Of a stretch of 64,000 bases of DNA, positions 48,567 to 58,176 are shown piece by piece; position 1 is the first letter of the stretch, and every line of letters starts with the position of its first letter. Source of the DNA: an uncultured Candidatus Saccharibacteria bacterium (lineage in GTDB: Bacteria; Patescibacteriota; Minisyncoccia; UBA6257; Colwellbacteraceae); assembly GCA_964559765.1 (NCBI GenBank), contig CAZLHU010000001.1:148164-212163 (forward strand), in the 5' to 3' direction. Made by a program: the position numbers and the translations under genes. Under the pieces are notes generated by a model. It worked only from the letters and a program-made list of their open reading frames with translations. It ran no database searches and was not told the origin of the DNA.

Positions 48567-49223
48567 GTATTTAGTTAAAAAGGCCTTGCCCGTCATTAGC
48601 AACAAACGACTTATATCATTGCTATAGTAATAAATTGTTGCGCATCCGGGATAATTCTTGCGTACTCTATGGCCGGTATTACTTTTCAAATAAGGCCTAA
48701 TAAATTGCTTCTTTGGAATATTAGTCTCTTGTGACCAGAATTCAAGCTGTTTATTGATGTTGTGGTATTTGTGTAAATGTAGACCAACCCGGAATTTCCT
48801 CTCATCTAAATCGAAGCTATTTCTAAATAATTTAAGGAAAGTCTTTATGACTAGGGGATCAGAATTAGTGAAACGAACCCCGCCATATTGATCTTTTGCG
48901 CCCTCACACCAATATAATAATGAGCATATGAATTTAGACGATATTTTATCTATGCTTAGCTGATTTAATTGAGACTTAGCTTCTATAAGATATCTATTAT
49001 TAGTGACGCTAACCCTTAATCTCTTACTCTCCGCCCCTAATAATTGTCCCCTCTTAATTTTCGACAATAATCTATCTTCAGCTTTTTTATTGAGTTTTAT
49101 ATTTCTAGACCAATCAGAAATAGTCGTCTTGGGAACCTTTAATTTAAGATTAATCTCACTTAAAGAGTACCCTCTTCTTTTTAGGTTGAGCGCTTCGTCT
49201 CTTATTTTAATCGGGTATGCCAT
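48546..49223 (-). CDS. HTH plus single degenerate LAGLIDADG-like domain protein; ends inside tRNA-Trp
   Basis: HTH 'GYSLSEI...VPKTTISDW'; 'SLLYWCEGAK', 'FTNSDP', 'FWS'; the last codons (GIVQW*) are tRNA sequence. Confidence 0.75.
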   Translation of the reverse strand: MAYPIKIRDEALNLKRRGYSLSEINLKLKVPKTTISDWSRNIKLNKKAEDRLLSKIKRGQLLGAESKRLRVSVTNNRYLIEAKSQLNQLSIDKISSKFICSLLYWCEGAKDQYGGVRFTNSDPLVIKTFLKLFRNSFDLDERKFRVGLHLHKYHNINKQLEFWSQETNIPKKQFIRPYLKSNTGHRVRKNYPGCATIYYYSNDISRLLLMTGKAFLTKYGGIVQW

Positions 49224-49290
49224 ATTAGGTTATGTAACCATAATAACATATACGAATTAATAAAGGTTCCAGAGCCGAAAATAGAGATGG

Positions 49291-49779
49291 TTAAGCGCCA
49301 GGCACCTCTGGCGCCGTCCGCGGCGCCCTGGCCAATAAGACGCTCGACGCGAATAATAGGAGCGTTATTAACGCTGATCCGAGGCAATACATGCACAGCG
49401 AATGTATCACCGATACTTGAAGATAGGCCAGGAAGCCAGAAGTTATCAAGCCGATAGTGGTGATGCATAAAATAGCCCACAGAACACCCCTCCGAGCTTT
49501 GTCTGAGGTGATGATGTATATAGTCAGGAATAATATTGATAGATAATACAGAACGCCGAAGAGGGCCGTGGGAATTGGTCCCAGGGTGGCGTATTTACTT
49601 GTAAGCACAACCTCGCACCCGTTCAACATGCAGGGAAGGGGCAAGCTCAGATAATGTTCCGCGGTCAGATACGAGGCATCCGCGAATCCCAAGAAGCTCA
49701 GGATCGCTATAACGACTGACCAGATGTTAAGACCCTGTGGCCGAGAGGGCCTGGTCGATGTCTGATTTGAATTGGTCAT
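49291..49779 (-). CDS. Vitamin K epoxide reductase (VKOR) family protein
   Basis: 'C...GCEVVLTSKYA', 'P...FG', 'CMYC'; four to five TM. Confidence 0.93.
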   Translation of the reverse strand: MTNSNQTSTRPSRPQGLNIWSVVIAILSFLGFADASYLTAEHYLSLPLPCMLNGCEVVLTSKYATLGPIPTALFGVLYYLSILFLTIYIITSDKARRGVLWAILCITTIGLITSGFLAYLQVSVIHSLCMYCLGSALITLLLFASSVLLARAPRTAPEVPGA

Positions 49780-50419
49780 AGCTGGTTGGGTTGGAGATCT
49801 GTTTCAGGTTGATGAAGAACGTCGGCGTATATTGAAGTGGTACGGCGTTTCCGCTGCTGATATCACTTTGAATTTTATTTAGTACCTTCGCCGAGTTCAT
49901 GTCCGTATTTAACTGTGCGACATTAATTCCAAGGGATGACGCATAGTTGTCGAAGAACTGACTTACAACAGTAGATGTTGGGGCCGCTGACCATACGCTT
50001 TGATTCTCATATAGCGCATCATGCATCTGCCAGTACTTTCCCTGCAGGCCAGCCGCTTCTGCGGCCTGAGAGGCCAGTGGGGCATCTGCGTGCTGTGGGA
50101 GAGGATAGTTCCTGAAGGCGAAGGCTATTTTGCCGCTGTACGCAGCAACCAGCTGTTTAACCATAGGATAATAAGCGCCACAAGCGGGACATTGGAAATC
50201 ACCGTACTCAATAAGCGATACCTTCGCATTTAGATTGCCTTCGGTGTTGTCTGATGAAGTTATCGCCGGAACCAATGTAGAAGATATGGGAGTCGTCTGT
50301 GTAGTGGGTGGCTGCATTATGCCGAGCACAATCAAACCAGCTGTCGCTAGAACGACTATCACAACAACTATCCAGATTATCAGCTTTGTATTTTGGTTTG
50401 GCATATTGTCTAGAGCCAT
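49727..50419 (-). CDS. Membrane-anchored DsbA-family oxidoreductase
   Basis: 'EYGDFQCPAC', 'FRNYPL..H', 'TPTFFIN'. Confidence 0.93.
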   Translation of the reverse strand: MALDNMPNQNTKLIIWIVVVIVVLATAGLIVLGIMQPPTTQTTPISSTLVPAITSSDNTEGNLNAKVSLIEYGDFQCPACGAYYPMVKQLVAAYSGKIAFAFRNYPLPQHADAPLASQAAEAAGLQGKYWQMHDALYENQSVWSAAPTSTVVSQFFDNYASSLGINVAQLNTDMNSAKVLNKIQSDISSGNAVPLQYTPTFFINLKQISNPTSYDQFKSDIDQALSATGS

Positions 50420-50532
50420 TGAAACTCGGCGGTTAGACCACTAATTGGTCAGAGATTATTTTACCTGAAATTTTCGATATTCGATACTTTTATTATGGGA
50501 TGGGGTTTGTAATGCGGGCGTGGTTGAAATCC

Positions 50533-51384
50533 TTATTTGGCCAATGTGTCAGCCCATTCAGATTTAACGTAGTCCTCTACCGCCCGATTCCACGGCCCCA
50601 TGAGGTTGGTTTTTGACGATAGCGTCTCGTTGATAGGCCGGTTCGCATCCAGGTTAAAGAATGAAGATGGCACCGAATTGACCTTAACGTTCGGGCGTAC
50701 CAGATCAACGATCTTCTTAGCGACGTCGAATCTGGAAGCTGTGCCTGTGTTTGCAATATGGTACGTCCCTCGCGAATCGTGTTTTATCAATTCTTTGATG
50801 CCTGCCACCAAGTCTTTTGCATATGTCGGCGAGCCAATTTGATCATTTACCGCATTGATCTCCTTAATCTCAGGCTTCATGAGTTGGGCGATGATTTTTG
50901 CGACGAATTTTTTGTCCCGTTTAGGACCCCCTCCCATCATCCAGCAAGTGCGCACTATAAGATGGTCTTCTAATATGCCTCTGATAGCTGATTCTCCCAG
51001 GAATTTCGAATAGCCGTAGTAATTTTGAGGGTTTGGGACGTCATCTTCCCCATATGGGCCCTTCTTCTCCCCATCAAACACTCCTGCGGTCGAGATATAT
51101 ACCAATTTGGCTCCACCCCGCCGGGCCGCAATTGCGAGATGATAAGCGCCAATCCCGTTTATAAGATATGCATCCTTCGGATTCCGTTCGCACCAATCGA
51201 CGTCTGTTGCTGCCGCAAGGTGTAGGATGGCTTCGGGCTCATATTTCTTAACAGCCGACAAGACCTCCTCTAGATTGGTTACATCGAGAGACCGATGGTC
51301 AGTCTTGATTCCAAAGTCGACATAGGAACCAACCATACCGTCCGCGCCTGTAATTAGAATTTTGTCGAAAGATATATTTCTCAT
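50533..51384 (-). CDS. rfbD: dTDP-4-dehydrorhamnose reductase-like SDR
   Basis: 'ILITGADGMVG', 'AA.TDVD.CE', 'YGYSK', 'DQIGSPTY'. Confidence 0.85.
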   Translation of the reverse strand: MRNISFDKILITGADGMVGSYVDFGIKTDHRSLDVTNLEEVLSAVKKYEPEAILHLAAATDVDWCERNPKDAYLINGIGAYHLAIAARRGGAKLVYISTAGVFDGEKKGPYGEDDVPNPQNYYGYSKFLGESAIRGILEDHLIVRTCWMMGGGPKRDKKFVAKIIAQLMKPEIKEINAVNDQIGSPTYAKDLVAGIKELIKHDSRGTYHIANTGTASRFDVAKKIVDLVRPNVKVNSVPSSFFNLDANRPINETLSSKTNLMGPWNRAVEDYVKSEWADTLAK

Positions 51385-51391
51385 GGTTGTC

Positions 51392-52105
51392 CTATGAACT
51401 CCGCTTTGAGGCCCATATAGTTGTTTTTAATAGCGAATCAAATGTTCCCGCATCCGACCAGAAGCCGTTTACTGTCCGATATGTCAATGCATTCGCTGAT
51501 ATGTACTTGTTGTGCAGGTCTGTGACTTCAAGTTCGCCTCTCGCTGATGGGGTAAGCTCCTTTATCTTCGCGAATACGTCAGGATCGTACAGATACAGTC
51601 CCACGATTGCCAGATTCGATTTGGGTTTCTTTGGCTTCTCTTCTGTGCCGATGATTTTGCCGGACTTAACCTCCGCCACGCCGAAGCGTTCCGGATCGGA
51701 TACCTCTTTGACGAAGACCATGGAACCTTTCTCGCGCTCAAACGCTTTGAAGTCCTCTGAAAAATTATCCTCAAATATATTATCCCCAAGAATTACAGCC
51801 GCTTTTTCTCCGTCCACGAAATCCTCCGCAAGGCTGAGGGCTGCCGCGATTCCCTCGGCCCCGTTCTGCAGGGCGTAGGATAGCTTAACGCCGTATTCCT
51901 TGCCGGAGCCCAGGAAATTCATGAAGTGGCCGGCGTGCTCTTTGCCGCATACGATCATAATCTCGTCGACGCCTGCGGTCTTCAGGGTGTCGAGTGGATA
52001 GAGGATCATCGGCTTGTTGTAGACAGGCAATAGATGTTTGTTGGTGATAAGCGTCAGCGGACGCAGGCGCGTACCGAACCCCCCGGCTAAGATGACTCCT
52101 TTCAT
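51392..52105 (-). CDS. rfbA: Glucose-1-phosphate thymidylyltransferase (short form)
   Basis: 'GVILAGGFGTRLRPLT...KHLLPVYNKPMI', 'EEKP', 'PSARGELEVTD'. Confidence 0.9.
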   Translation of the reverse strand: MKGVILAGGFGTRLRPLTLITNKHLLPVYNKPMILYPLDTLKTAGVDEIMIVCGKEHAGHFMNFLGSGKEYGVKLSYALQNGAEGIAAALSLAEDFVDGEKAAVILGDNIFEDNFSEDFKAFEREKGSMVFVKEVSDPERFGVAEVKSGKIIGTEEKPKKPKSNLAIVGLYLYDPDVFAKIKELTPSARGELEVTDLHNKYISANALTYRTVNGFWSDAGTFDSLLKTTIWASKRSS

Positions 52106-53160
52106 GACTTATTTTTATTATGAATATGGTGAGCTTCCCAAAGGTCGATATGGGGATTGAAAACTCCTGTTTTTTGCCTAACTTTCTCCACCCACTCCTT
52201 GTTGTCTAGGTACCAGTCTATGGTTTCACGGAAAGCCCTCTCGAAATCGTAACGGGGTTTCCATCCAAGTTCCCGCTTTATTTTTGAAGCATCTATGGCG
52301 TATCGGCGGTCGTGTCCTGGCCTATCGGGAATGAACTCCAGCTTTTTCCTGCTCTGTTTGAAATATGCCAAGATCATCCCCGCAATCTGCAGATTGTTAA
52401 GTTCGTTGTCCGCGCCCACGTTATAGACTTCTCCCGGTTTGCCCTTGAACAGGGATAGTCGAAGAGCTTCGCAGTGGTCGAGGACGTACACCCAATCCCG
52501 CACGTTCTTGCCGTCGCCGTAAATAGGAAGCGTCTTTCCCTCCAACATGCGCAGGACAAAGAACGGAATGAGCTTCTCCGGGTATTGGTATGGCCCGTAG
52601 TTGTTCGAACAATGGGTCACCACGACCGGAATGCCGAACGTATGGAAATACGCGCGGCACAGCACGTCGCCGCCAGCCTTAGTCGCGGCGTAAGGAACAT
52701 TGGGGGCAAAGGGCGTGCTCTCCTTGAATTTATCGCGCGAACCCAGCTGCAAGCTTCCATATACCTCGTCCGTCGAGACCTGGACGTATTTTTTGATGCG
52801 GGGATGTGATTTGACCGCTTCCAAGATGTTGAATACGCCGGTTATGTTCGTGTCGATGAATTCCTTTGCGCCGACATGTATGCTCCGATCGACGTGCGTT
52901 TCCGCCGCGAAGTTGATGACGAAGTCCGGATCGAATTTTTTGAACGCGTTCGCTACCGCTTTCGGATCTCCGATATCTCCTTTTACGAAATGATATCTGG
53001 GCTTATTCCGGATATCTTTCAAATTATCCAGATTTCCGGAGTACGTCAGCTTATCGAAATTCAGGATAGAAACATCGCTGTCTTTTTTGAAAAGATGATG
53101 GATAAAATTTGATCCGATGAACCCGGCACCGCCAGCGACAAAAATTCTCTTTTCCGCCAT
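52102..53160 (-). CDS. rfbB: dTDP-glucose 4,6-dehydratase
   Basis: Start reset to MAEKRIF; 'GGAGFIGSNF', 'AAETHVDRSI', 'STDEVYG', 'DRPGHDRRY'. Confidence 0.96.
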   Translation of the reverse strand: MAEKRIFVAGGAGFIGSNFIHHLFKKDSDVSILNFDKLTYSGNLDNLKDIRNKPRYHFVKGDIGDPKAVANAFKKFDPDFVINFAAETHVDRSIHVGAKEFIDTNITGVFNILEAVKSHPRIKKYVQVSTDEVYGSLQLGSRDKFKESTPFAPNVPYAATKAGGDVLCRAYFHTFGIPVVVTHCSNNYGPYQYPEKLIPFFVLRMLEGKTLPIYGDGKNVRDWVYVLDHCEALRLSLFKGKPGEVYNVGADNELNNLQIAGMILAYFKQSRKKLEFIPDRPGHDRRYAIDASKIKRELGWKPRYDFERAFRETIDWYLDNKEWVEKVRQKTGVFNPHIDLWEAHHIHNKNKS

Positions 53161-53311
53161 GTGTGATAAAATAATACAGCGATTCTCGCAGGACGGCAAA
53201 ATAATATAGTCAGAAAAAGGCTCTAGAACAGGGATTTTATGGGTTCTGCGCATATTTCTGCTCTGTAACACCCGATAAGGCCTGCGTCTCAAACTAAACA
53301 AAGTAACTTCA

Positions 53312-54286
53312 ATGGCTGAAAAGGAAAGCACAATAAATCATCGCTTAGTAAGCGTAATCGTACCGGCATTCAATTCATCCTTCTTAGGGGCGACGATAGA
53401 GAGCGTCGTCCGACAGACGTATCCGGATTGGGAGTTGATAGTCGTCGATGACGGCTCAACCGACAACACGAAAAGTATCGTGGAGGAGTTTATGCGAAAG
53501 GACAAACGGGTCCGCTATATTTACGAGGATAATGGGGGCCAAGGGAAAGCCAGAAACACCGGCATCAAGAATGCGCGGGGAGAGCTGGTGGCGTTCCTGG
53601 ATCACGACGATGTATGGCTCCCGGAAAAGCTCAGCACGCAGGTGAAGGTTATGGAAGACGAGAATTGTGTATTGGCCACGTGTGAAAGCGCGGTCTTCAA
53701 TAGCAAGAGCGGGATATGTGATAGGATCGACAGTTTCACTCTGGTAAGCGAACTCATTGCGCGTAAGTTCGTATTCGATGAGATAGGTTTTTTTGACGAG
53801 GATAGGAAGATGATAGGGTTCGATGACGCAGCCATCGCCCTTTCATCGCGAAAATACTTTGAAGACCACAAAGAAAAAAAACAGATTAACATTCCCAAAA
53901 TCCTCGTACTTTACCGTTTGCACGGGAATCAAACTTCGCAAAAACCGGCGTTCATAGAGAGTATGATTTATTTTCACAGGAAATATGAGGAACAAATTTT
54001 AGAGCAGTCGTCAGCGCCGGAAAAAAGATATAGCGGTCTAGCGAGTCTGTTGATCCAAAATGGTAGGGCGGCAGAGGCTAGAGAGTATCTCGGGATGGAT
54101 ATGCGCACCAAATTTACCGTTCGGGACGGGATATTCTTCATATTGAGCTTTCTTGGGCGCAGGATGAGCTCTTTCATCATATCAGTCATGAAGTCTGCTA
54201 GGACGGTTCTGTGGAAGATTAGATTTATCGGAAGATTCGGCAGGCCAGTCGTAAAAGTCGGTTATTTTTACCAGTATGAAATATAA
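53312..54286 (+). CDS. Glycosyltransferase family 2
   Basis: 'VSVIVPAFN', 'VVDDGSTD', 'ARNTG', 'FLDHDD.W'. Confidence 0.93.
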   Translation: MAEKESTINHRLVSVIVPAFNSSFLGATIESVVRQTYPDWELIVVDDGSTDNTKSIVEEFMRKDKRVRYIYEDNGGQGKARNTGIKNARGELVAFLDHDDVWLPEKLSTQVKVMEDENCVLATCESAVFNSKSGICDRIDSFTLVSELIARKFVFDEIGFFDEDRKMIGFDDAAIALSSRKYFEDHKEKKQINIPKILVLYRLHGNQTSQKPAFIESMIYFHRKYEEQILEQSSAPEKRYSGLASLLIQNGRAAEAREYLGMDMRTKFTVRDGIFFILSFLGRRMSSFIISVMKSARTVLWKIRFIGRFGRPVVKVGYFYQYEI

Positions 54287-54319
54287 TCCAAAGTGGTAAG
54301 TGGGCTACCTTATGTGTAG

Positions 54320-55606
54320 GTGATTATGGAAAACAGCAGCGCAAAAAATATTATCCGGGCCTTTGTCTCCTTCTTTAAGATAGTCGTCTTCGACAGAGTA
54401 TTCTCCTTCTTTGTAGTGACTTTTCTGCTTAAGAAAAAGAAGGCAGACAATGTTCTTATCGTCTGTGGCGGCGGGGTGGGGGATATGGTTGTCGCTACAG
54501 CCGTTCTTAAACAGTATAAGGAATATTACAAAGGCAGGAAGATATACCTGCTTTGCAACAATCAGAACCACCCTAACGAAATTCTGGACCACTCCCTATT
54601 TGAGCGCTCTATAGAAATTATCTTCGGCGATTTCAAGAGACATCCCCTATATGCCATTAATATTGCGCGACAATTAAATGATATCGGTTTCAAGACCGCG
54701 ATCTTCAACGTCACAACCGGGCTTGCCAGGCTGTCGCCTCTTTTCTATCTTACCGGCGCAGAGGAAATATATGGATATGAAGGTGAAGCGTACTACCGCG
54801 ACATCACCCTAAGCCAGGATCTAAATATCTGGGTCGAGAATAAGATGATCTTCCCACTTATCAAAGGGAGGTTCACGAATATGATAAGCAGTATACCGGA
54901 GGAAAGAGAGAATAATGTGCTTGTTTCTACATTGAAGCATCAGAAGAAACTGCTTGAGGGCATAACTCATCGCACCTTCGGCAACCTAAGCACCAATATC
55001 CCCTCTGCGGATCCGAATAATATTTCGCCGGAGGTGAAGGAGGCTGCCAAACATCCCTTTTTCCTCGTCGCTCCGGGGGCTGGAGCGGCTTATAGACGGT
55101 GGCCGGTAGAACGCTTTGCGGATGTTTGCAAAGACGTCACAGACAATAATCCAAACTTCGTCCCGGTGATCGTAGGCCTGGAAAAAGAGAAGGATATAAG
55201 CGATAGCTTGGCGGCTAAACTTCCAGGTTCCATAAACCTATCTGGCAAGACGACGATAAACGATCTTAAATACTTAATAAAGGAAAGCCTTTTCCTATTT
55301 TGTAACGATACTGGATTCGTGCATATGGCGATAGCTTTACAAAAGCCCAGCGTGGCTGTCGTGGGCGGTAATGTTGGCTACATCACCCATTACGGATATA
55401 AAAAAATCAATCGCTGGGTCTGCGACAGGAACGCTGTGTGTCTATTTGATAATTGGCGGTGTTTGAGGTCGAGTGTGGGCGCGGTGGCCCCCTGCATCGA
55501 TTCAATCTCGGCTTCAGAGGTGTCTGAGGAGGTGAAGTCACTCTTAAATTACTTGAAAAAATCCGATAGCCACGACATTATGGAATTTTCGTTTTGGGGG
55601 ATATAA
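54320..55606 (+). CDS. Glycosyltransferase family 9 (heptosyltransferase-like)
   Basis: 'GGVGDMV', 'PGAG...RRWP', 'NLSGKT', 'NDTGFVHMA.A'. Confidence 0.88.
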   Translation: MIMENSSAKNIIRAFVSFFKIVVFDRVFSFFVVTFLLKKKKADNVLIVCGGGVGDMVVATAVLKQYKEYYKGRKIYLLCNNQNHPNEILDHSLFERSIEIIFGDFKRHPLYAINIARQLNDIGFKTAIFNVTTGLARLSPLFYLTGAEEIYGYEGEAYYRDITLSQDLNIWVENKMIFPLIKGRFTNMISSIPEERENNVLVSTLKHQKKLLEGITHRTFGNLSTNIPSADPNNISPEVKEAAKHPFFLVAPGAGAAYRRWPVERFADVCKDVTDNNPNFVPVIVGLEKEKDISDSLAAKLPGSINLSGKTTINDLKYLIKESLFLFCNDTGFVHMAIALQKPSVAVVGGNVGYITHYGYKKINRWVCDRNAVCLFDNWRCLRSSVGAVAPCIDSISASEVSEEVKSLLNYLKKSDSHDIMEFSFWGI

Positions 55607-55624
55607 TCTGAGTGAATTAAATAT

Positions 55625-56365
55625 ATGGCTGGCCCACATACAGAGAAACCGGAAATAAATAGAACTGTCCTTATAACCGGCGCTACTTCGGGCCTAGGAA
55701 CGTATCTGGCGCATGCGTTTGCACGTGCGGGCTATGTCGTCGTGCTTCATGGCAGGGATGAGGCAAAATTAAGGGCGATAAAAAATCAGGTCTTGGATAA
55801 AAATAGGATTAGTTGCGCTACGGTTGTCGGGGATCTGCTCGACGCAAAGGGGCTCAGCGCCGTATTGTCGGCGATGCGCACACAAGACATAGATATACTT
55901 GTTAATAATGCCGGTATCGATCCCGAGCTGACCTCTGGTGGCGTTAAGGGCGATATAAAGGACATAAACGCCATCTTTTCAACGAATGCCACGTCCGCTA
56001 TAGCTTTGTGCTACGGCGCTTTTGAACATTTCCTTACTAAAGGAGGTGGCGATATCGTAAATATGAACTCCGTAGCTGGGATGAGGGGAAGTGACCATGA
56101 ACCTCTCTACGCCGCTTCGAAGTTCGGCCTGCGCGGATTCTCTGAATCGGTCAAAGAAGCTTGGCTGAAGCAGGGGATAAGGATGACGGATATATATTCC
56201 GGCGCGATAGCTACCGGTATGGCCTCTCACAGGCCGGACGTTAAGGATCTCATCGACCCGCAGGAATTAGCCGAGTTTATCGTCGGGCTATGTGCGCCAG
56301 ACAGTTTTTTTGTTAGAGAGATTAGCGTGCAGAAGACTAAGAAGAAACCTGAATCGGGTAAATAA
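55625..56365 (+). CDS. Short-chain dehydrogenase/reductase
   Basis: 'TGATSGLG', 'NNAG', 'YAASK'. Confidence 0.92.
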   Translation: MAGPHTEKPEINRTVLITGATSGLGTYLAHAFARAGYVVVLHGRDEAKLRAIKNQVLDKNRISCATVVGDLLDAKGLSAVLSAMRTQDIDILVNNAGIDPELTSGGVKGDIKDINAIFSTNATSAIALCYGAFEHFLTKGGGDIVNMNSVAGMRGSDHEPLYAASKFGLRGFSESVKEAWLKQGIRMTDIYSGAIATGMASHRPDVKDLIDPQELAEFIVGLCAPDSFFVREISVQKTKKKPESGK

Positions 56366-56379
56366 TACAAATTATACCA

Positions 56380-57417
56380 ATGAAAGCAGCCGTATTAGAG
56401 GAGATAAACGCGCCACTTACCGTTGCTAATGTCGAACCAGGCGAACTGTTGTTCGGCCAAGTGTTGGTTAGGGTTCTGGTAAGCGGAATATGCGGTGCTC
56501 AACTACAGGAAATAGCCGGCCAGAAGAACAATGCAAAGTTTGTTCCGCACCTTTTAGGACACGAAGGATGTGGCATAGTTGATAGTATTGGTCCGGGCGT
56601 CACTAAGGTAAAAAAAGGAGATAAGGTTGTAATGCATTGGCGTAAAGGTGACGGCATAGAAGCTGATTTTCCGAGCTATACCTTTAAAGGTAAGACAATG
56701 CGAAGCGGCAAAGTTACCACCTTCAGCGAATATTCCATAGTGTCAGAGAATAGAATAACTCCCGTGCCGCAGGATGTGTCTAATGATTTCTGCGCACTTC
56801 TGGGTTGCGGCCTTTCCACGGCATTGAGCGCCGTTGCCAATGAAGCCCAAATAAAGCCCGGAGAAAGCGTTATGATCGTAGGCCTAGGGGGTCTGGGTAC
56901 GTGTTTCATGAAGGCCGCGCATTTCTCTTGCGCCAGTCCGATAGTCGGCGTGGACGTATTCGACAATAAAAAAGAAATGGTCAAGGCGCTGCACGGCAAC
57001 CTGTTTATAAATAGTGCTAAGGATAATATTTTAGAGACCATCCAGCGCGAGTTGGGTATAAAGGATTTTGATGTTGTCATTGATACATCGGGAAACGCGC
57101 GGGGCATAGCGGACAGCATCCCGCTTGTGGGTAACGACGGCCGATTTGTTATGGTGGGCCATATAAAGCCCGGAGAAAGCGTGGAGCTTAAGATGGCGGA
57201 TCATCTTTTCGGTGGGGCAGAGGGGAAGACTATTAAAGCGACCCAAGGCGGAAGGTTTTCGCCGAGCAAAGACATTCCGCGCTATGTTAAGTTGTATCAG
57301 GCGGGGCTGTTGGATATAGACAACCTCATAACCCATCGCACCAAGTTGGATGACATAAACGGCGCCATCGATATGATGCGGGCCGGCAAGGCAAATCGAA
57401 TCGTCATTGACCTATGA
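56380..57417 (+). CDS. Zn-dependent alcohol dehydrogenase (MDR family)
   Basis: 'GICG', 'GHEG', 'LGCG', 'GLGGLG'; the structural-Zn Cys cluster is absent. Confidence 0.9.
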   Translation: MKAAVLEEINAPLTVANVEPGELLFGQVLVRVLVSGICGAQLQEIAGQKNNAKFVPHLLGHEGCGIVDSIGPGVTKVKKGDKVVMHWRKGDGIEADFPSYTFKGKTMRSGKVTTFSEYSIVSENRITPVPQDVSNDFCALLGCGLSTALSAVANEAQIKPGESVMIVGLGGLGTCFMKAAHFSCASPIVGVDVFDNKKEMVKALHGNLFINSAKDNILETIQRELGIKDFDVVIDTSGNARGIADSIPLVGNDGRFVMVGHIKPGESVELKMADHLFGGAEGKTIKATQGGRFSPSKDIPRYVKLYQAGLLDIDNLITHRTKLDDINGAIDMMRAGKANRIVIDL

Positions 57418-58175
57418 AACACCTGAAGGAGAATATTATAAGAACAGCTACTGAAGCTAACGAGGGCCATATACCAGCAGCTCTTTCTATATTGGATATA
57501 CTGTGGGTTCTATATGATCGCATTCTTGGTATTACACCTGAGAATTTCTCTAATCCAGATCGGAATAGATTTATTCTAAGTAAAGGACACGCTGCAATAG
57601 GTTTGTATATTGTTCTTGCGGAAAAGGGATTTTTTAAATTAGAAGAACTGAAGAATTTTGGTAAATTTGATAGCCGTTTCGGCGGACACCCCGATCGAAC
57701 AATGGTGCCGGGAGTCGAGGCTTCTACTGGCTCCTTAGGCCATGGGTTCCCAATGGCCGTCGGTTTGGCTCTAGGGGCAAAGATAAAAAGGGCCCCGAGT
57801 AAGGTATACGCGATCGTCGGTGATGGCGAGTGTAATGAAGGGACGATCTGGGAGTCTGCTATGCTTGCGGCGCATAATAAACTCGACAATCTATATTGCG
57901 TCGTTGATCAGAATCATTCCGGCGACCCGGCACTCAACCCCGGCGATATGAGACAGAAGTTTGAATCATTTGGCTGGCAGGCGGTAAGAATAAACGGCCA
58001 CGACCAGGAAGAAATATACAAAGCGCTAACGCAAAAGAGCGTTGGTAAGCCGATAGCGATCATCGCTGAAACAATCAAGGGTAAGGGGGTTAAGATAATG
58101 GAGAACAGCGCCGAATGGACTCATAAATATCCAACCAAGGAGCAGTTGGAAGTGATGATAAAAGAATTGGAATAA
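57414..58175 (+). CDS. Transketolase, N-terminal (TPP-binding) subunit
   Basis: 'FILSKGH', 'TGSLGHG', 'GDGECNEG..WE', 'TIKGKG'. Confidence 0.93.
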   Translation: MKHLKENIIRTATEANEGHIPAALSILDILWVLYDRILGITPENFSNPDRNRFILSKGHAAIGLYIVLAEKGFFKLEELKNFGKFDSRFGGHPDRTMVPGVEASTGSLGHGFPMAVGLALGAKIKRAPSKVYAIVGDGECNEGTIWESAMLAAHNKLDNLYCVVDQNHSGDPALNPGDMRQKFESFGWQAVRINGHDQEEIYKALTQKSVGKPIAIIAETIKGKGVKIMENSAEWTHKYPTKEQLEVMIKELE

Positions 58176-58176
58176 T

